DNA of 64,000 bases from an uncultured Chloroflexia bacterium (GCA_963825525.1 CAWGTN010000002.1:672001-736000), one strand, 5' to 3'; counted from the stretch's first letter, positions 38,572 to 49,853 are shown. Notes: generated by a model from the letters alone, not told the origin. Program-made: numbers and translations.

Positions 38572-39003
38572 TCAGGAAGGGCGCCCGTTGACGCGGGTCT
38601 TCTCGAGGCCGCCCGTCGCCTTCCACATCTCATCGACGGTGTCGATCATGGCAAGCAGCTCCTTGGCGGCGCCGGCATCCAGGCTCTGCTTCACCTTGCT
38701 GGCCTGCTTGGTGGCCTTCCAGAATGTGTCGTGCAGGTCCGGGTACTTCTCGAGGTGCTCCGGTTTGAAGTAGTCGTGCCAGAGGACGTCGAGATGATGC
38801 TTGACCAGCTCGGCGCGCTCCTCCTTGACGTGAATGCATCGTGCGCGGAACAGGGCATCATCGCTGGCATCGTGCTTCTCGATGATCCGGAGGCAGGATT
38901 CGGCCTCGATTCGCGCCTGTTCGGGGTCATAGACACCGCATGGGATGTCGCAGTGGGCATCCACGATCCGCGCCGGACGCAGGATGGATCGGAGGGTCAG
39001 CAT
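38572..39003 (-). CDS. sodN: Nickel superoxide dismutase precursor
   Basis: Ni-hook HCDIPCGVYDP after a 16-aa propeptide; LWHDYFKP. Confidence 0.96.
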   Translation of the reverse strand: MLTLRSILRPARIVDAHCDIPCGVYDPEQARIEAESCLRIIEKHDASDDALFRARCIHVKEERAELVKHHLDVLWHDYFKPEHLEKYPDLHDTFWKATKQASKVKQSLDAGAAKELLAMIDTVDEMWKATGGLEKTRVNGRPS

Positions 39004-39087
39004 CGGTCTCCTCTCAGGTAAGGGCTTGCGTGCACTCGTGTTGTCATCTTAGGACGTTGCAAGCAGCCTGCCGAAGACCGCCCGTGA

Positions 39088-39843
39088 TCAGCTGCCCATC
39101 ACGATGCCGCCGTCGACCCCGAGCACCTGTCCTGTGACGTATCGGGCTTCGTCGGAGGCGAAATAGACGGCTGCGGCGGCGACGTCGTCGACCGATCCGA
39201 CGTAGCCGAGGGGCGTCATGTTCGTGAGCGCCTCGGTGGCCGCGACGGGCAGATCCGAGGTGAGGTCGGTGTCGATGAGTCCCGGCGCGATGGCGTTGCA
39301 GGTGATGCCGCGGCTCGCGAGCTCCCTGGCGGTGGTCTTCGTCAGTCCGATGAGTCCTGCCTTGGCGGCCGCGTAGTTCGCCTGGCCCGGATTACCCATC
39401 CGGCCGGCCGCGCTGGACATGTTGATGATCCGCCCCGCGCGGGCCTTCATCATCGGGCGGGCGATCGCGCGCGTCATCCAGAACGGGCCACCCAGATTGG
39501 TGTCGATCACGGCGTCCCACTCCTCGGCGTCCATCCGAACGAGCAGATTGTCCCGGGTGATCCCGGCATTGTTGACGAGGATGTCGACGGATCCGAGGGC
39601 GTCGATGCCGCCCTTCACGATCGCGTCACACGCCTCGCGACCGCCGCTGGTGTCACCCTGGATGGCAACGCCCCGGCGGCCGAGTGCGGCGATCTCGGCG
39701 ACCACGTCGTCGGCCGCCTCCTGGTTCCCCCGATAGTTGACCGCGACATCGGCACCCTGGCGGGCAAGGGCCAGCGCGATCGCCCTCCCGAGTCCCCGAC
39801 TGCCGCCGGTGACCAGCGCCGTCTTCCCCGTCAGGTCGAACAT
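39088..39843 (-). CDS. fabG: 3-oxoacyl-ACP reductase
   Basis: TGGSRGLG, NNAGITRD, GQANYAAAK. Confidence 0.95.
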   Translation of the reverse strand: MFDLTGKTALVTGGSRGLGRAIALALARQGADVAVNYRGNQEAADDVVAEIAALGRRGVAIQGDTSGGREACDAIVKGGIDALGSVDILVNNAGITRDNLLVRMDAEEWDAVIDTNLGGPFWMTRAIARPMMKARAGRIINMSSAAGRMGNPGQANYAAAKAGLIGLTKTTARELASRGITCNAIAPGLIDTDLTSDLPVAATEALTNMTPLGYVGSVDDVAAAAVYFASDEARYVTGQVLGVDGGIVMGS

Positions 39844-40913
39844 CAGGCTGAGGCCCTTTCGAGCTCGCGCTGCGGCTGGCCGAGCCGCGTCTGCGAGCCG
39901 GGAGCCAGGAACGCGCGCGCCGGATCGGCCGTCCACTCGACGACGGCGGCGCCGGCCGTGTAGCCAGCTCCGAAGGCAACCATGAGGATCGTGTCGCCGG
40001 GCTTGATTCGGCCGGCGGCCACGGCCTCCACCAGTGCCATGGGGACCGAGGCCGCACTCGTGTTGCCGTACTTCTCGATGTTGACGTACGTCTTCTCGGG
40101 CGGGATGTTGAGCTGCTTCTGGACGCTCGTGATGATCCGCAGGTTCGCCTGGTGGAAGACGAACTGGTCGACGTCGTCAACGGTCATGCCCGCGTTGCGC
40201 AGGGCCGCCACTGCGGACTCCCCCATCTGGCGGGTTGCGTACTTGTAGACCTCGCTGCCGAGCATCCGGATGGCGTGCTGGTGCGCGTCCACCGTCTCGT
40301 GGCTGGCGGGTCGCGCCGAACCCCCGGCCGGCATGATGATTCCCTCGCAGCCCGTCCCGTCGCTGAACAGGTCGAATCCCAGGAGCCCACCCTCCTTGTC
40401 CGAGGCCTGGAGGAGCACGGCACCCGCACCGTCACCGAAGAGGACGCACGTGCTGCGGTCGGTCCAATCCAGGAACCGGCTCAGCACCTCGACGCCGATG
40501 ACCATGACGTTGCGGTACATCCCGCTCCGGATGAAGCTGTGACCGGTGGCCAGGGCGTACAGGAATCCCGAGCACGCGGCCTGCAGGTCGAATCCCGATG
40601 CCCGCGTGGCCCCGAGCTCGGTGGCAACCAGGACGGCCGTTGCGGGCAGCGGGTAGTCGGGCGTGCAGGTTCCGACGATGATGAGATCCAGCTCGGAGGG
40701 CTGCAGGCCGGCAACCACCAGTGCATCGCGCGCGGCATGGACGGCGAGCGTCGTCGCCGTCTCGTCGTCGGCCGCGATCCGACGTTCGCGGATGCCGGTT
40801 CGAGACGTGATCCACTCGTCCGACGTGTCGACGATGGTGGAGAGCTCATCGTTCGTCATGACTCGCGACGGCGCGTACATCCCCCAGCCGCCGATCAGCG
40901 CATTGGTGGTCAT
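39843..40913 (-). CDS. fabH: 3-oxoacyl-ACP synthase III
   Basis: DTSDEWI, AACSGF, FGDGAGA, HQAN, GNTSAAS. Confidence 0.96.
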   Translation of the reverse strand: MTTNALIGGWGMYAPSRVMTNDELSTIVDTSDEWITSRTGIRERRIAADDETATTLAVHAARDALVVAGLQPSELDLIIVGTCTPDYPLPATAVLVATELGATRASGFDLQAACSGFLYALATGHSFIRSGMYRNVMVIGVEVLSRFLDWTDRSTCVLFGDGAGAVLLQASDKEGGLLGFDLFSDGTGCEGIIMPAGGSARPASHETVDAHQHAIRMLGSEVYKYATRQMGESAVAALRNAGMTVDDVDQFVFHQANLRIITSVQKQLNIPPEKTYVNIEKYGNTSAASVPMALVEAVAAGRIKPGDTILMVAFGAGYTAGAAVVEWTADPARAFLAPGSQTRLGQPQRELERASA

Positions 40914-40947
40914 CGTGGTGCTCCTTGAATGAACTCGGTGCCGAATG

Positions 40948-41415
40948 TCATCGGGGATCGATCTCGAGCAGTGGCTGCTTGCGCTTCACCAGCGTGCCCG
41001 GCTCGACCAGGATCCGGATCACGGTGCCTGCCGCGTCCGACTTGATCTCGTTGAAGAGCTTCATGGCCTCGATCAGGCCGACCACCTGGCCCTGCTGGAC
41101 GCGGTCGCCCTCCGCGACGTACGCCCGCGCGCCGGGCGACGGTGCGGAGTACCAGACCCCGGTGAGCGGCGCGCTCACGAATCGCATGCCGGGTGACGGC
41201 TCCCCGAATGGGGTGAGCTGCTCCGGCGCCCGTTCGGCAACCGGAGCGGGCGCGGGCGCGCTCGGCGCGATGGCTGCCGGCTCGACGGCCACGCGCGTTC
41301 GGGCAAGCCGAACGTGGAGGTCGTCGACCTCGATCTCGAGCTCATCGAGGCCTTCCTCGTCGAACGCGGGGGCAAGCAAGTCCACCGCCCGCAGAATGGA
41401 TTCCGGATCGCCCAT
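40948..41415 (-). CDS. accB: Biotin carboxyl carrier protein
   Basis: IEAMKLFNEI biotinylation motif. Confidence 0.93.
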   Translation of the reverse strand: MGDPESILRAVDLLAPAFDEEGLDELEIEVDDLHVRLARTRVAVEPAAIAPSAPAPAPVAERAPEQLTPFGEPSPGMRFVSAPLTGVWYSAPSPGARAYVAEGDRVQQGQVVGLIEAMKLFNEIKSDAAGTVIRILVEPGTLVKRKQPLLEIDPR

Positions 41416-42677
41416 CAGCGGTCGTACCGCCGGAAGACCACCGTGGCGTTGTGCCCACCGAATCCAAAGCTGTTGCTCATACCGATGGCCACCTCGGTCT
41501 GCCGAGCCTCGTGCGGCACATAGTCGAGATCGCACTCGGGATCCGGATGGTCGAGATTGATGGTGGGGGGCACGATCCCGGTCTTGATAGCCTGGATGGT
41601 GGCGATGGCCTCGATGCCGCCGCCCGCGCCCATCAGGTGACCCGTCATCGACTTCGTGCTGCTGATCGGCACCCGGTATGCGCCCTCGCCGAAGAGGGTC
41701 TTGATCGCTGCCGTCTCGGAGCGGTCGTTGGGGAGCGTGCTCGTGCCATGCGCGTTGATGTAGTCGATGTCGCCCGTCTCGACGCCCGCATCGGCGACGG
41801 CCACTCGCATGCTCTCGACCGCGCCACGACCTCCCGGCGCGGGGAGCGTGATGTGGGAGGCGTCGTCGGTCGCCCCATAGCCGACAACCTCGGCGTGGAT
41901 CGTGGCGCCGCGCGCCTTGGCGTGGTCGAGTGCCTCGAGCACCAGGATGCCCGCGCCGTCGCCCATCACGAAGCCGTCGCGCTCGGCATCGAATGGGCGC
42001 GATGCCTTCTCCGGCTCATGGTTGCGCTTCGTCGAGAGCGCGCGCATGGCGCTGAAGGCCGCGACCGGGATCTCGCCGATGCCCGCCTCCGCGCCGCCGG
42101 CGATCATGATGTCGGCCTCGCCGCGCCGGATGATGTTCATCGAATCACCGATGGCATGATTCGCGCTCGAGCAGGCGCTGACCGTCGCGTAGTTCGGACC
42201 CCGGGCATTGGCATAGATGGCGACGTATCCGGCGGCCATGTCGGGGATGAGCGCCGTCACCAGGAACGGGCCGATCCGTTCGACGCCGTGGAGCGCGGCC
42301 TCGGTGACGTCGCGGATCATCGTGTTGATGCCGCCGATTCCCGAGCCGATGATGCAGCCGGTGCGCCACGCCAGGGCGTCATCGGTGATCGGATTCTCGA
42401 TTCCGGCATCCCGCAGGGCCTCGGCCACGGCAGCCCACGCATAGTGGACGTAGCGGTCGTTGCGACGGACCTCCTTCTTCGGCATGACCGTATCGGCCTC
42501 GAAGCCCTTGATCTCGCCGGCGACCTTGCTGGCGGTCTTCACCGGGTCGAAGGTGGTGATCGGGCCGATGCCACTCCGTCCGTTCACCAGTCCGTCCCAG
42601 AATGCGGGCACGTCATTGCCGATCGGGGTCAGGGCGCCCATCCCGGTCACGACCACCCGTCGCTCGCCGTCACGCAT
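41415..42677 (-). CDS. fabF: 3-oxoacyl-ACP synthase II
   Basis: [35 protein letters not shown]. Confidence 0.96.
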   Translation of the reverse strand: MRDGERRVVVTGMGALTPIGNDVPAFWDGLVNGRSGIGPITTFDPVKTASKVAGEIKGFEADTVMPKKEVRRNDRYVHYAWAAVAEALRDAGIENPITDDALAWRTGCIIGSGIGGINTMIRDVTEAALHGVERIGPFLVTALIPDMAAGYVAIYANARGPNYATVSACSSANHAIGDSMNIIRRGEADIMIAGGAEAGIGEIPVAAFSAMRALSTKRNHEPEKASRPFDAERDGFVMGDGAGILVLEALDHAKARGATIHAEVVGYGATDDASHITLPAPGGRGAVESMRVAVADAGVETGDIDYINAHGTSTLPNDRSETAAIKTLFGEGAYRVPISSTKSMTGHLMGAGGGIEAIATIQAIKTGIVPPTINLDHPDPECDLDYVPHEARQTEVAIGMSNSFGFGGHNATVVFRRYDR

Positions 42678-43167
42678 CGGTCTGCCCTCCGCCCATCTCC
42701 TGGTCTCGCGGAATGATGATCGACAGCGTCGCCTCGACGGCCACCTCGCCGTCGACGCTGGCGATCCCCCGCACCCGACCGAACATGCCGCGCAGCTTCT
42801 CGACGTTGACCTCGAGCCGAAGGGTATCGCCGGGGATGACCATGCGCCGGAACCGACAGTCGTCGATTCCGGCGAACAGGCCGAGCTTGCCGCGGTACTC
42901 GGGGAGCGTCATCACCGCGACGCCCGCCGTCTGTGCCAGCGCCTCGACCATGAGCACACCCGGCATGATCGGCCTCCCGGGAAAGTGGCCGGTGAACTGC
43001 GGCTCGTTGGCCGTCACCGCCTTGAGCCCGACCGCCCGCCGCCCGGGCTCCAGCTCGACGATCCGATCGACGAGCAGAAACGGGTAGCGGTGCGGAATGA
43101 TGCCCATGATGTCGGCTGCCTCGAGGGGCAGTGTCGGGGTCTCGGTGGACGTGGTATCGGTCGTCAT
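42670..43167 (-). CDS. fabZ: 3-hydroxyacyl-ACP dehydratase
   Basis: [26 protein letters not shown]. Confidence 0.96.
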   Translation of the reverse strand: MTTDTTSTETPTLPLEAADIMGIIPHRYPFLLVDRIVELEPGRRAVGLKAVTANEPQFTGHFPGRPIMPGVLMVEALAQTAGVAVMTLPEYRGKLGLFAGIDDCRFRRMVIPGDTLRLEVNVEKLRGMFGRVRGIASVDGEVAVEATLSIIIPRDQEMGGGQTDA

Positions 43168-43186
43168 CGGTTCGATTCGGGGCTCC

Positions 43187-44545
<1,359 letters not shown>

Positions 44546-44547
44546 GT

Positions 44548-45501
44548 CTATGCCGATGCCTGCACGGCAGCCGTGGTCCGCAGGAGATCGGCGGCCGCCT
44601 GGACGCTGGCCGCGTCGGTTGCGGGCAGCGCACGGATCTCGGGCGCGATGCGCTTCAGCATGCCGACGAGCGCGGACCCGGCGCCGCACTCGATCGCGAC
44701 GTCGACACCGGCTTCGGCCATTGCCTCTACGCTGCGCACCCACTCGACCGGCGATCGGACCTGCTCGGCCAGCAGGCGGCGGATGCGGTCCGCATCGGTG
44801 AGCAGCTCGGCACTGACGTTGCTGACGACCGGCACGCGGGCGTCGGACCACTCCTCCTGGTCGAACGCGGACGCGAGCGCGTCGGCAACCTCCGACATCT
44901 GCGGCGAGTGGAACGCTCCCGAGACCGGCAGCGGGACGATGCGCTTCGCCCCGGCGGCTCGCAGCGGCTCTTCCGCCGCCTCGAGCGCATCACGCATGCC
45001 GGAGATCACGACCTGGCCGGGCGCATTGTCGTTGGCGACCACCAGCTCGGTCGGCCGGCCCACGCTCGCCACGACCTCGTCGACCGAGGTGCGTGTCAGT
45101 CCGATGACCGCCGACATGCCGCCGCCCGTGCCGGCCTCGGCCATGAGTGCACCGCGTCGTGCGACGAGTCGCAGCGCCGCCGAGAAGTCGAGGACGCCGG
45201 CCGCGACGAGTGCAGCGAACTCCCCCACGGAGTGCCCGGCAACCACGCTCGGCCGGACGGGTGCCAGGGTGTCGAGGACGCGGTACGCGGCGATCGACGT
45301 GGTCAGCAGGCACGGCTGCGTCTGCCGGGTATCGGAGAGGCGCTCGGCCGGGCCATTCCAGCAGGTCTGGCTGACGGACCAGCCCAGCACGCTGTCGGCC
45401 TCGGCGAAGGTGTCGCGGGCGACATCGTGACGCTCGGCGAGCTCACGGCCCATGCCCACGACCTGCGACCCCTGCGGACTGAAGAGCAGCGCAACGCTCA
45501 T
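44548..45501 (-). CDS. fabD: Malonyl-CoA:ACP transacylase
   Basis: PQGSQ, GHSVGE, VSGAFHS. Confidence 0.95.
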   Translation of the reverse strand: MSVALLFSPQGSQVVGMGRELAERHDVARDTFAEADSVLGWSVSQTCWNGPAERLSDTRQTQPCLLTTSIAAYRVLDTLAPVRPSVVAGHSVGEFAALVAAGVLDFSAALRLVARRGALMAEAGTGGGMSAVIGLTRTSVDEVVASVGRPTELVVANDNAPGQVVISGMRDALEAAEEPLRAAGAKRIVPLPVSGAFHSPQMSEVADALASAFDQEEWSDARVPVVSNVSAELLTDADRIRRLLAEQVRSPVEWVRSVEAMAEAGVDVAIECGAGSALVGMLKRIAPEIRALPATDAASVQAAADLLRTTAAVQASA

Positions 45502-45965
45502 GCCCGCGCCGCCGCGTGCTCGAGCTCGAGCACCACCTGTCCGTACTCGACCGCCTCGCCACTCTCGGCCACCAGGTTTCGGACGGTGCCGCCCCGCGGG
45601 GCGCGAACGTCGTGCCGGATGCCGAGCATCTCGACGTGGCCCAGGGCATCCCCCTTCTCGACCTCGAGGCCCGGTCCCAGGCCATCGGCGTAGACGAAGA
45701 ATCCGACGGCCGGCGACGCGACCCCGACCGCTGCGGACTGCTCGGAGCGTGCGGCGGCCGGTTGGGCCTCACTCGTCAGCGAGTCGGCACCGGGTGCGGG
45801 GGCGCGGGTCGGCGCTCCGGCGGCGCGTGCGACGCGGAGCTGGAGGTCATCGGTGGAAACCTCGATCTCCCCCAGGCCATAGCGGGTCAGCCGCTCCGTC
45901 AGGGGTTTGACCAGCTCGGACGCAGCTCGTGCGATGGCCTCCAGCGCCTGCTCGTGATCCGTCAT
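45498..45965 (-). CDS. BCCP-like protein lacking the biotin-acceptor lysine
   Basis: BCCP N-terminal (LGEIEV...LRV), linker, SPAVGFF, G..V, VEMLG instead of EAMK, GEAVEYGQ. Confidence 0.85.
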   Translation of the reverse strand: MTDHEQALEAIARAASELVKPLTERLTRYGLGEIEVSTDDLQLRVARAAGAPTRAPAPGADSLTSEAQPAAARSEQSAAVGVASPAVGFFVYADGLGPGLEVEKGDALGHVEMLGIRHDVRAPRGGTVRNLVAESGEAVEYGQVVLELEHAAARA

Positions 45966-46960
45966 GCGCCTCTCTCGTTCTCGTCGTCGGCATCGTTGCT
46001 CGGCCAGATCTCACTCCAACGCGGGCGCCGTGGCACGCCGGGGAGGTGCAGGATGCGCCCGATCCGACGGCGCAATGAAGGCACCTCAGGATGACCGGAA
46101 CTGCTCGCATCCGTCTCGAGGAAGGCCCCCATGCCGCGCAGCCGAGCATAGCGGGTCGCCAGCAGTTCGGCCGTGTCCTGGTCTGACAGGCGTCGCATGG
46201 CCGAGATGATCGCGGCCTTCACCGCGCGGCCGGTGGCGGCATGATCAGTGTGTGCGCCCTCGCCGGGCTCGGCCACGATCGCGTCGACCACGCCGAGATC
46301 GACCTGGTCGTCGGCCGTCATGCGCATCGCCGCGGCCGCGGTTCGCGCCTCATCACGGGATCGCCACAGGATGGACGCGCAACCCTCCGGGCTGATCACC
46401 GAGTAGACGGCATTCTCGAGCGCCAGGACGATGTCGCCGACGCCCAACGCCAACGCGCCGCCGGAGCCGCCCTCGCCCAGCACCACGACCACGATGGGCA
46501 CCTGGAGCCCGGTCATGAGCTTGATGCTCGAGGCGATGGCCTCCGCCTGACCGCGCTCCTCGGCGGCCGGACCGGGAAAGGCCCCGGCCGTGTCGAGGAA
46601 GGTGACCACGGGCATGCCGAGCTTGTCCGCAAGGCGCATCAGGCGCTGAGCCTTCCGGAACCCCTCGGGATGAGGAGACCCGAAGTTGCGGGCGATGTTC
46701 GATTCGGTGTCGGTCCCCTTCTGGTGGCCGACGACCATGACCGGAACGCCATCCAGCGTGGCGGGTCCGCCGACGATGGCCGGATCCTCCCCGAACGCGC
46801 GATCGCCATGCAGCTCGAAAAAGCCGTCGAAGATGAGGTCGATCAGGTCCAGTGACCGGGGTCGCTGTGGGTGCCGAGCCAGTTGGACCCGACGCCAGGC
46901 GTCCTCGACCGCAGCCTCGGTCGCCGGGCCGGCTCGTTCGACGATCGGCGCGCCGGTCAT
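45962..46960 (-). CDS. accA: Acetyl-CoA carboxylase carboxyltransferase alpha
   Basis: ELHGDR, RNFG..HPEG.RK, AEERGQ, GEGGSGGAL, YSVISPEG. Confidence 0.96.
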   Translation of the reverse strand: MTGAPIVERAGPATEAAVEDAWRRVQLARHPQRPRSLDLIDLIFDGFFELHGDRAFGEDPAIVGGPATLDGVPVMVVGHQKGTDTESNIARNFGSPHPEGFRKAQRLMRLADKLGMPVVTFLDTAGAFPGPAAEERGQAEAIASSIKLMTGLQVPIVVVVLGEGGSGGALALGVGDIVLALENAVYSVISPEGCASILWRSRDEARTAAAAMRMTADDQVDLGVVDAIVAEPGEGAHTDHAATGRAVKAAIISAMRRLSDQDTAELLATRYARLRGMGAFLETDASSSGHPEVPSLRRRIGRILHLPGVPRRPRWSEIWPSNDADDENERGA

Positions 46961-47961
46961 CGGGCCTTCTCGGACGTGGCTTCGGGCACTGCGGGGCTGC
47001 CATTCCCGGCGGCCGGCGGCTGCTCGACGTCGATACCGATCGTTTCGCTCACGGCACCGCCAAAGCGTTCGGCGAAGCCGCTGAGGGCGCCGATCGGACC
47101 CCAGGGTCGCTCCTGCTGGCGCGGCTGTCCGTCATCGACGGCGGCCACCGGCAGCAAGCGAAGAAGCCGCGACAGGCTCGATCGCAGCTCGGGACGTGGC
47201 ACCACGGCGTCGACAAAGCCGTGCTCGAGGAGGAATTCGGCAGTCTGGAAGCCCTCCGGCATCTGCTCGCCGACCGTGTCGGACGCGACGCGCGCGCCGG
47301 CGAAGCCGATGAGTGCCTTCGGCTCGGCCACGATGACGTCGCCCAGGCTCGCGAAGCTGGCGAGCACGCCACCGGTGGTGGGGTCCGTCAGGACGGTGAT
47401 GAAGGGGACGCCGGCGGCGTCGAGGTGCACGAGCGGCGCGGTCGTCTTCGCGAGCTGCATGAGCGCCAGTGTTCCCTCCTGCATGCGCGCGCCCCCGGAG
47501 GCGCTGACGACGATCGCGGGAATCCGCTCCGTCACGGCCGTCTCGAAGCAGCGGGCCAGCTTCTCGCCTACGACGCTTCCCATGCTGCCGCCCATGAAGC
47601 GGAAGTCGAAGATGCCGATTGCCACCCGCTGCCCGTCGATCGAACCGATCCCCCACACCACGGCGTCGCGAAGGCCCGTCTTGAGGCGCGACGCCTCCAG
47701 CCGGTCACCGTACGAGCGATCGTCATGAAAGCCGAGCCGATCGACGGCCTCCAGACCGGCATCGCGCTCCTCGAAGCTCCCCGCGTCGAGCAGCAGATCG
47801 ATTCGCTCACCGACCGACATGCGGAAGTGATGACCGCACGATGGACACAGCCGCTGGTTGCGCTCGAGCTGCTTGTTGAAGACCTGCGCGTCGCAGGTCG
47901 GACATTTCGTCCAGGCATCGGATGGTGCCGCGCGCCGGCTGAATGGGAACTTGATCGGCAA
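46957..47961 (-). CDS. accD: Acetyl-CoA carboxylase carboxyltransferase beta
   Basis: CPTC/CPSC zinc finger, FMGGSMG, SGGARMQEG, DPTTGGV, GFAG.RV; TTG start inferred. Confidence 0.94.
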   Translation of the reverse strand: MPIKFPFSRRAAPSDAWTKCPTCDAQVFNKQLERNQRLCPSCGHHFRMSVGERIDLLLDAGSFEERDAGLEAVDRLGFHDDRSYGDRLEASRLKTGLRDAVVWGIGSIDGQRVAIGIFDFRFMGGSMGSVVGEKLARCFETAVTERIPAIVVSASGGARMQEGTLALMQLAKTTAPLVHLDAAGVPFITVLTDPTTGGVLASFASLGDVIVAEPKALIGFAGARVASDTVGEQMPEGFQTAEFLLEHGFVDAVVPRPELRSSLSRLLRLLPVAAVDDGQPRQQERPWGPIGALSGFAERFGGAVSETIGIDVEQPPAAGNGSPAVPEATSEKAR

Positions 47962-47980
47962 TCTCTTTCTCTCCGTCACG

Positions 47981-48352
47981 CTATCGATGAAGGAGCTTGT
48001 TGGCGATTGGCGCTCGGCGGTTGCTGCGCCACACCGCGTAGGCGGTGACCCCGACACCCACCGCCGACCCCACCGCGCCGGTGACGATCAGCCTGCCGGG
48101 ATGACGCAGCGCCCAGCCCACCGGGTCTCGCGATCCGCCGTTGGAGGCCAGGCGTGTGCCCAGCTGCGCCTCGAAACGCGGCGATGCAACGGGTGCGCGG
48201 AGGTTGTCGCGCAGATCGCTCGCGACGTCGAGCAGGTCACGCTGTTCGGGGTCGATGCGTGCCGAAGCCGCCGCTGCGGCCGGAGAACGGCCCGAGAGAA
48301 CGAGATCGACGGCGCGATCGAGGCGCTCGACGACCGACGGGGAATGGGTCAT
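47981..48352 (-). CDS. Small membrane protein, putative anti-sigma factor
   Basis: Follows an ECF sigma; L.DVA..L...P.P.F...L..RL pattern, single C-terminal TM. Confidence 0.65.
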   Translation of the reverse strand: MTHSPSVVERLDRAVDLVLSGRSPAAAAASARIDPEQRDLLDVASDLRDNLRAPVASPRFEAQLGTRLASNGGSRDPVGWALRHPGRLIVTGAVGSAVGVGVTAYAVWRSNRRAPIANKLLHR

Positions 48353-48363
48353 GACACTCTTGC

Positions 48364-48390
48364 TAACACCGGCGGGGCCGATACGTTACA
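48364..48390 (-). promoter_or_regulatory. Putative ECF-sigma promoter
   Basis: TGTAAC-17 nt-GTT, 12 nt before ATG 48352. Confidence 0.55.
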
Positions 48391-48426
48391 CGCCGCGCCG
48401 GATGCCGGCCACCGAGGCCGCTTCGC

Positions 48427-49011
48427 CTAACCTGGGCTCGGGTGCTCCTCGAGCAGGGCGGCCAGCTCGCGCAGCGCCCGATGCTGCAGCACGCGCACGG
48501 CACCCGGGCTGCGGTCGAGCACCTCCGCGATCTCCGTCGTGGAGAGACCATCCACGAATCGCAGCACGACCACCTGGCGGCGATCCGGCGCAAGCCGCCC
48601 CACGGCGGTCCGCAGCCGGCGCGCGTCATCGGCCTGGTTGGCCAGGCGAGCCGGATCGCTCGCGGCGGAGATCACGGCTCCCTCGTCGAGGGGGCCGGTA
48701 CGCTGCCGTGACCGCGCCCTGAGGGCGTTGACGAGCTCGTTATGAGCGATCCGAAACAGCCACGATCGAAAGCTCGATCCCGTATCGCGGAAGCCATGCA
48801 GGCCGGCCATCGCGGCGAGGAAGCTGCGCTCGGTCACGTCCTCGGCGTCGTGATGGTCGCCCAGGAGGTAGAACGCGTAGCCGTAGACCGGGTCGAGATA
48901 CCGGCGATACAGGGTTGCGAACGCGGCGCGATCGGCCTGCGCGGCGCGAACCGCCGGGAGGTCCGGGTCCCCCTCACCCCTGGGGCGCGCCGCGGGGCGT
49001 GTCGGGCTCAT
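48427..49011 (-). CDS. ECF sigma factor
   Basis: AFATLYRRY, DAEDVT, FRSWLFRIAHN, VVVLRF.DGLS..EIA. Confidence 0.92.
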   Translation of the reverse strand: MSPTRPAARPRGEGDPDLPAVRAAQADRAAFATLYRRYLDPVYGYAFYLLGDHHDAEDVTERSFLAAMAGLHGFRDTGSSFRSWLFRIAHNELVNALRARSRQRTGPLDEGAVISAASDPARLANQADDARRLRTAVGRLAPDRRQVVVLRFVDGLSTTEIAEVLDRSPGAVRVLQHRALRELAALLEEHPSPG

Positions 49012-49790
49012 GCGGGCGCACCGGCACGCAGTGCGACGATCTCCCCACCCGTGACCGTGACCGAGCCGGCCGCGGTCCGCACCACGAGCGCCCCACCCGC
49101 ATCGAGGTCGACGGCACGTCCACTGACGCGAGCGCCTCCGGCGTCGATCTCGACGTCGGTCCCGAGGGTCACGCACGCTGCCCGGTAGCGGTCCAGCGGG
49201 GAATGTCCGGCCTCCAGACGCACGATCTCGTCGTCGAGCGCGTCCAGCAGCCGGCCCAGCAGCGTTTCGCGGTTCAGCGTCACCCCGGCCTCCTCGGCCA
49301 GCGAGGTCGCGAGGTGCGCGATCTCCGGCGGCATATCCCGGCGCATCCAGTTCACGTTGATGCCGACGCCGATGACCGCGGTGGTGATCCGGTCACCATC
49401 GAGCTCCGTCTCGATGAGGAGGCCACCGATCTTGGCGCCGCTGCCCGAGACGAGATCGTTCGGCCACTTGAGGCCGATGGATGCCACCGACCCGCACGCA
49501 TCGCGCGCCGCCAGTGCCGCCGCCAATGAGATGAGCGACGCCTCCCGCGCGGCGATTCGCGGACGAACGCCGACGCTCACGGCCAGGTTGACGCCACCCG
49601 GCGACACCCAGGTCCGGCCACGCCGCCCGCGACCGGCGGTCTGAACTTCGGCGACCACGGCGCGGCCCTCCGCGTCGGGCTCATCGAGGAGGCGCCTCGC
49701 CCGGTCGTTCGTCGACCCGATGCTGTCGTGGACCTCGATTCCACGGCCCGCGCGCCGACGTGGTCGATCGGCGGTCTGCCACGGCGTCAT
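49008..49790 (-). CDS. birA: Biotin-protein ligase (no DNA-binding HTH)
   Basis: GSTND, QTAGRGRRGRTW, KWPND, KIGGLL, GVGIN. Confidence 0.94.
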   Translation of the reverse strand: MTPWQTADRPRRRAGRGIEVHDSIGSTNDRARRLLDEPDAEGRAVVAEVQTAGRGRRGRTWVSPGGVNLAVSVGVRPRIAAREASLISLAAALAARDACGSVASIGLKWPNDLVSGSGAKIGGLLIETELDGDRITTAVIGVGINVNWMRRDMPPEIAHLATSLAEEAGVTLNRETLLGRLLDALDDEIVRLEAGHSPLDRYRAACVTLGTDVEIDAGGARVSGRAVDLDAGGALVVRTAAGSVTVTGGEIVALRAGAPA

Positions 49791-49853
49791 GCGCTCACGA
49801 TACCGCCTCATTGGCCCGGTGAGCACGAGGCGGTGCGCTACACTCGCCGTCCC

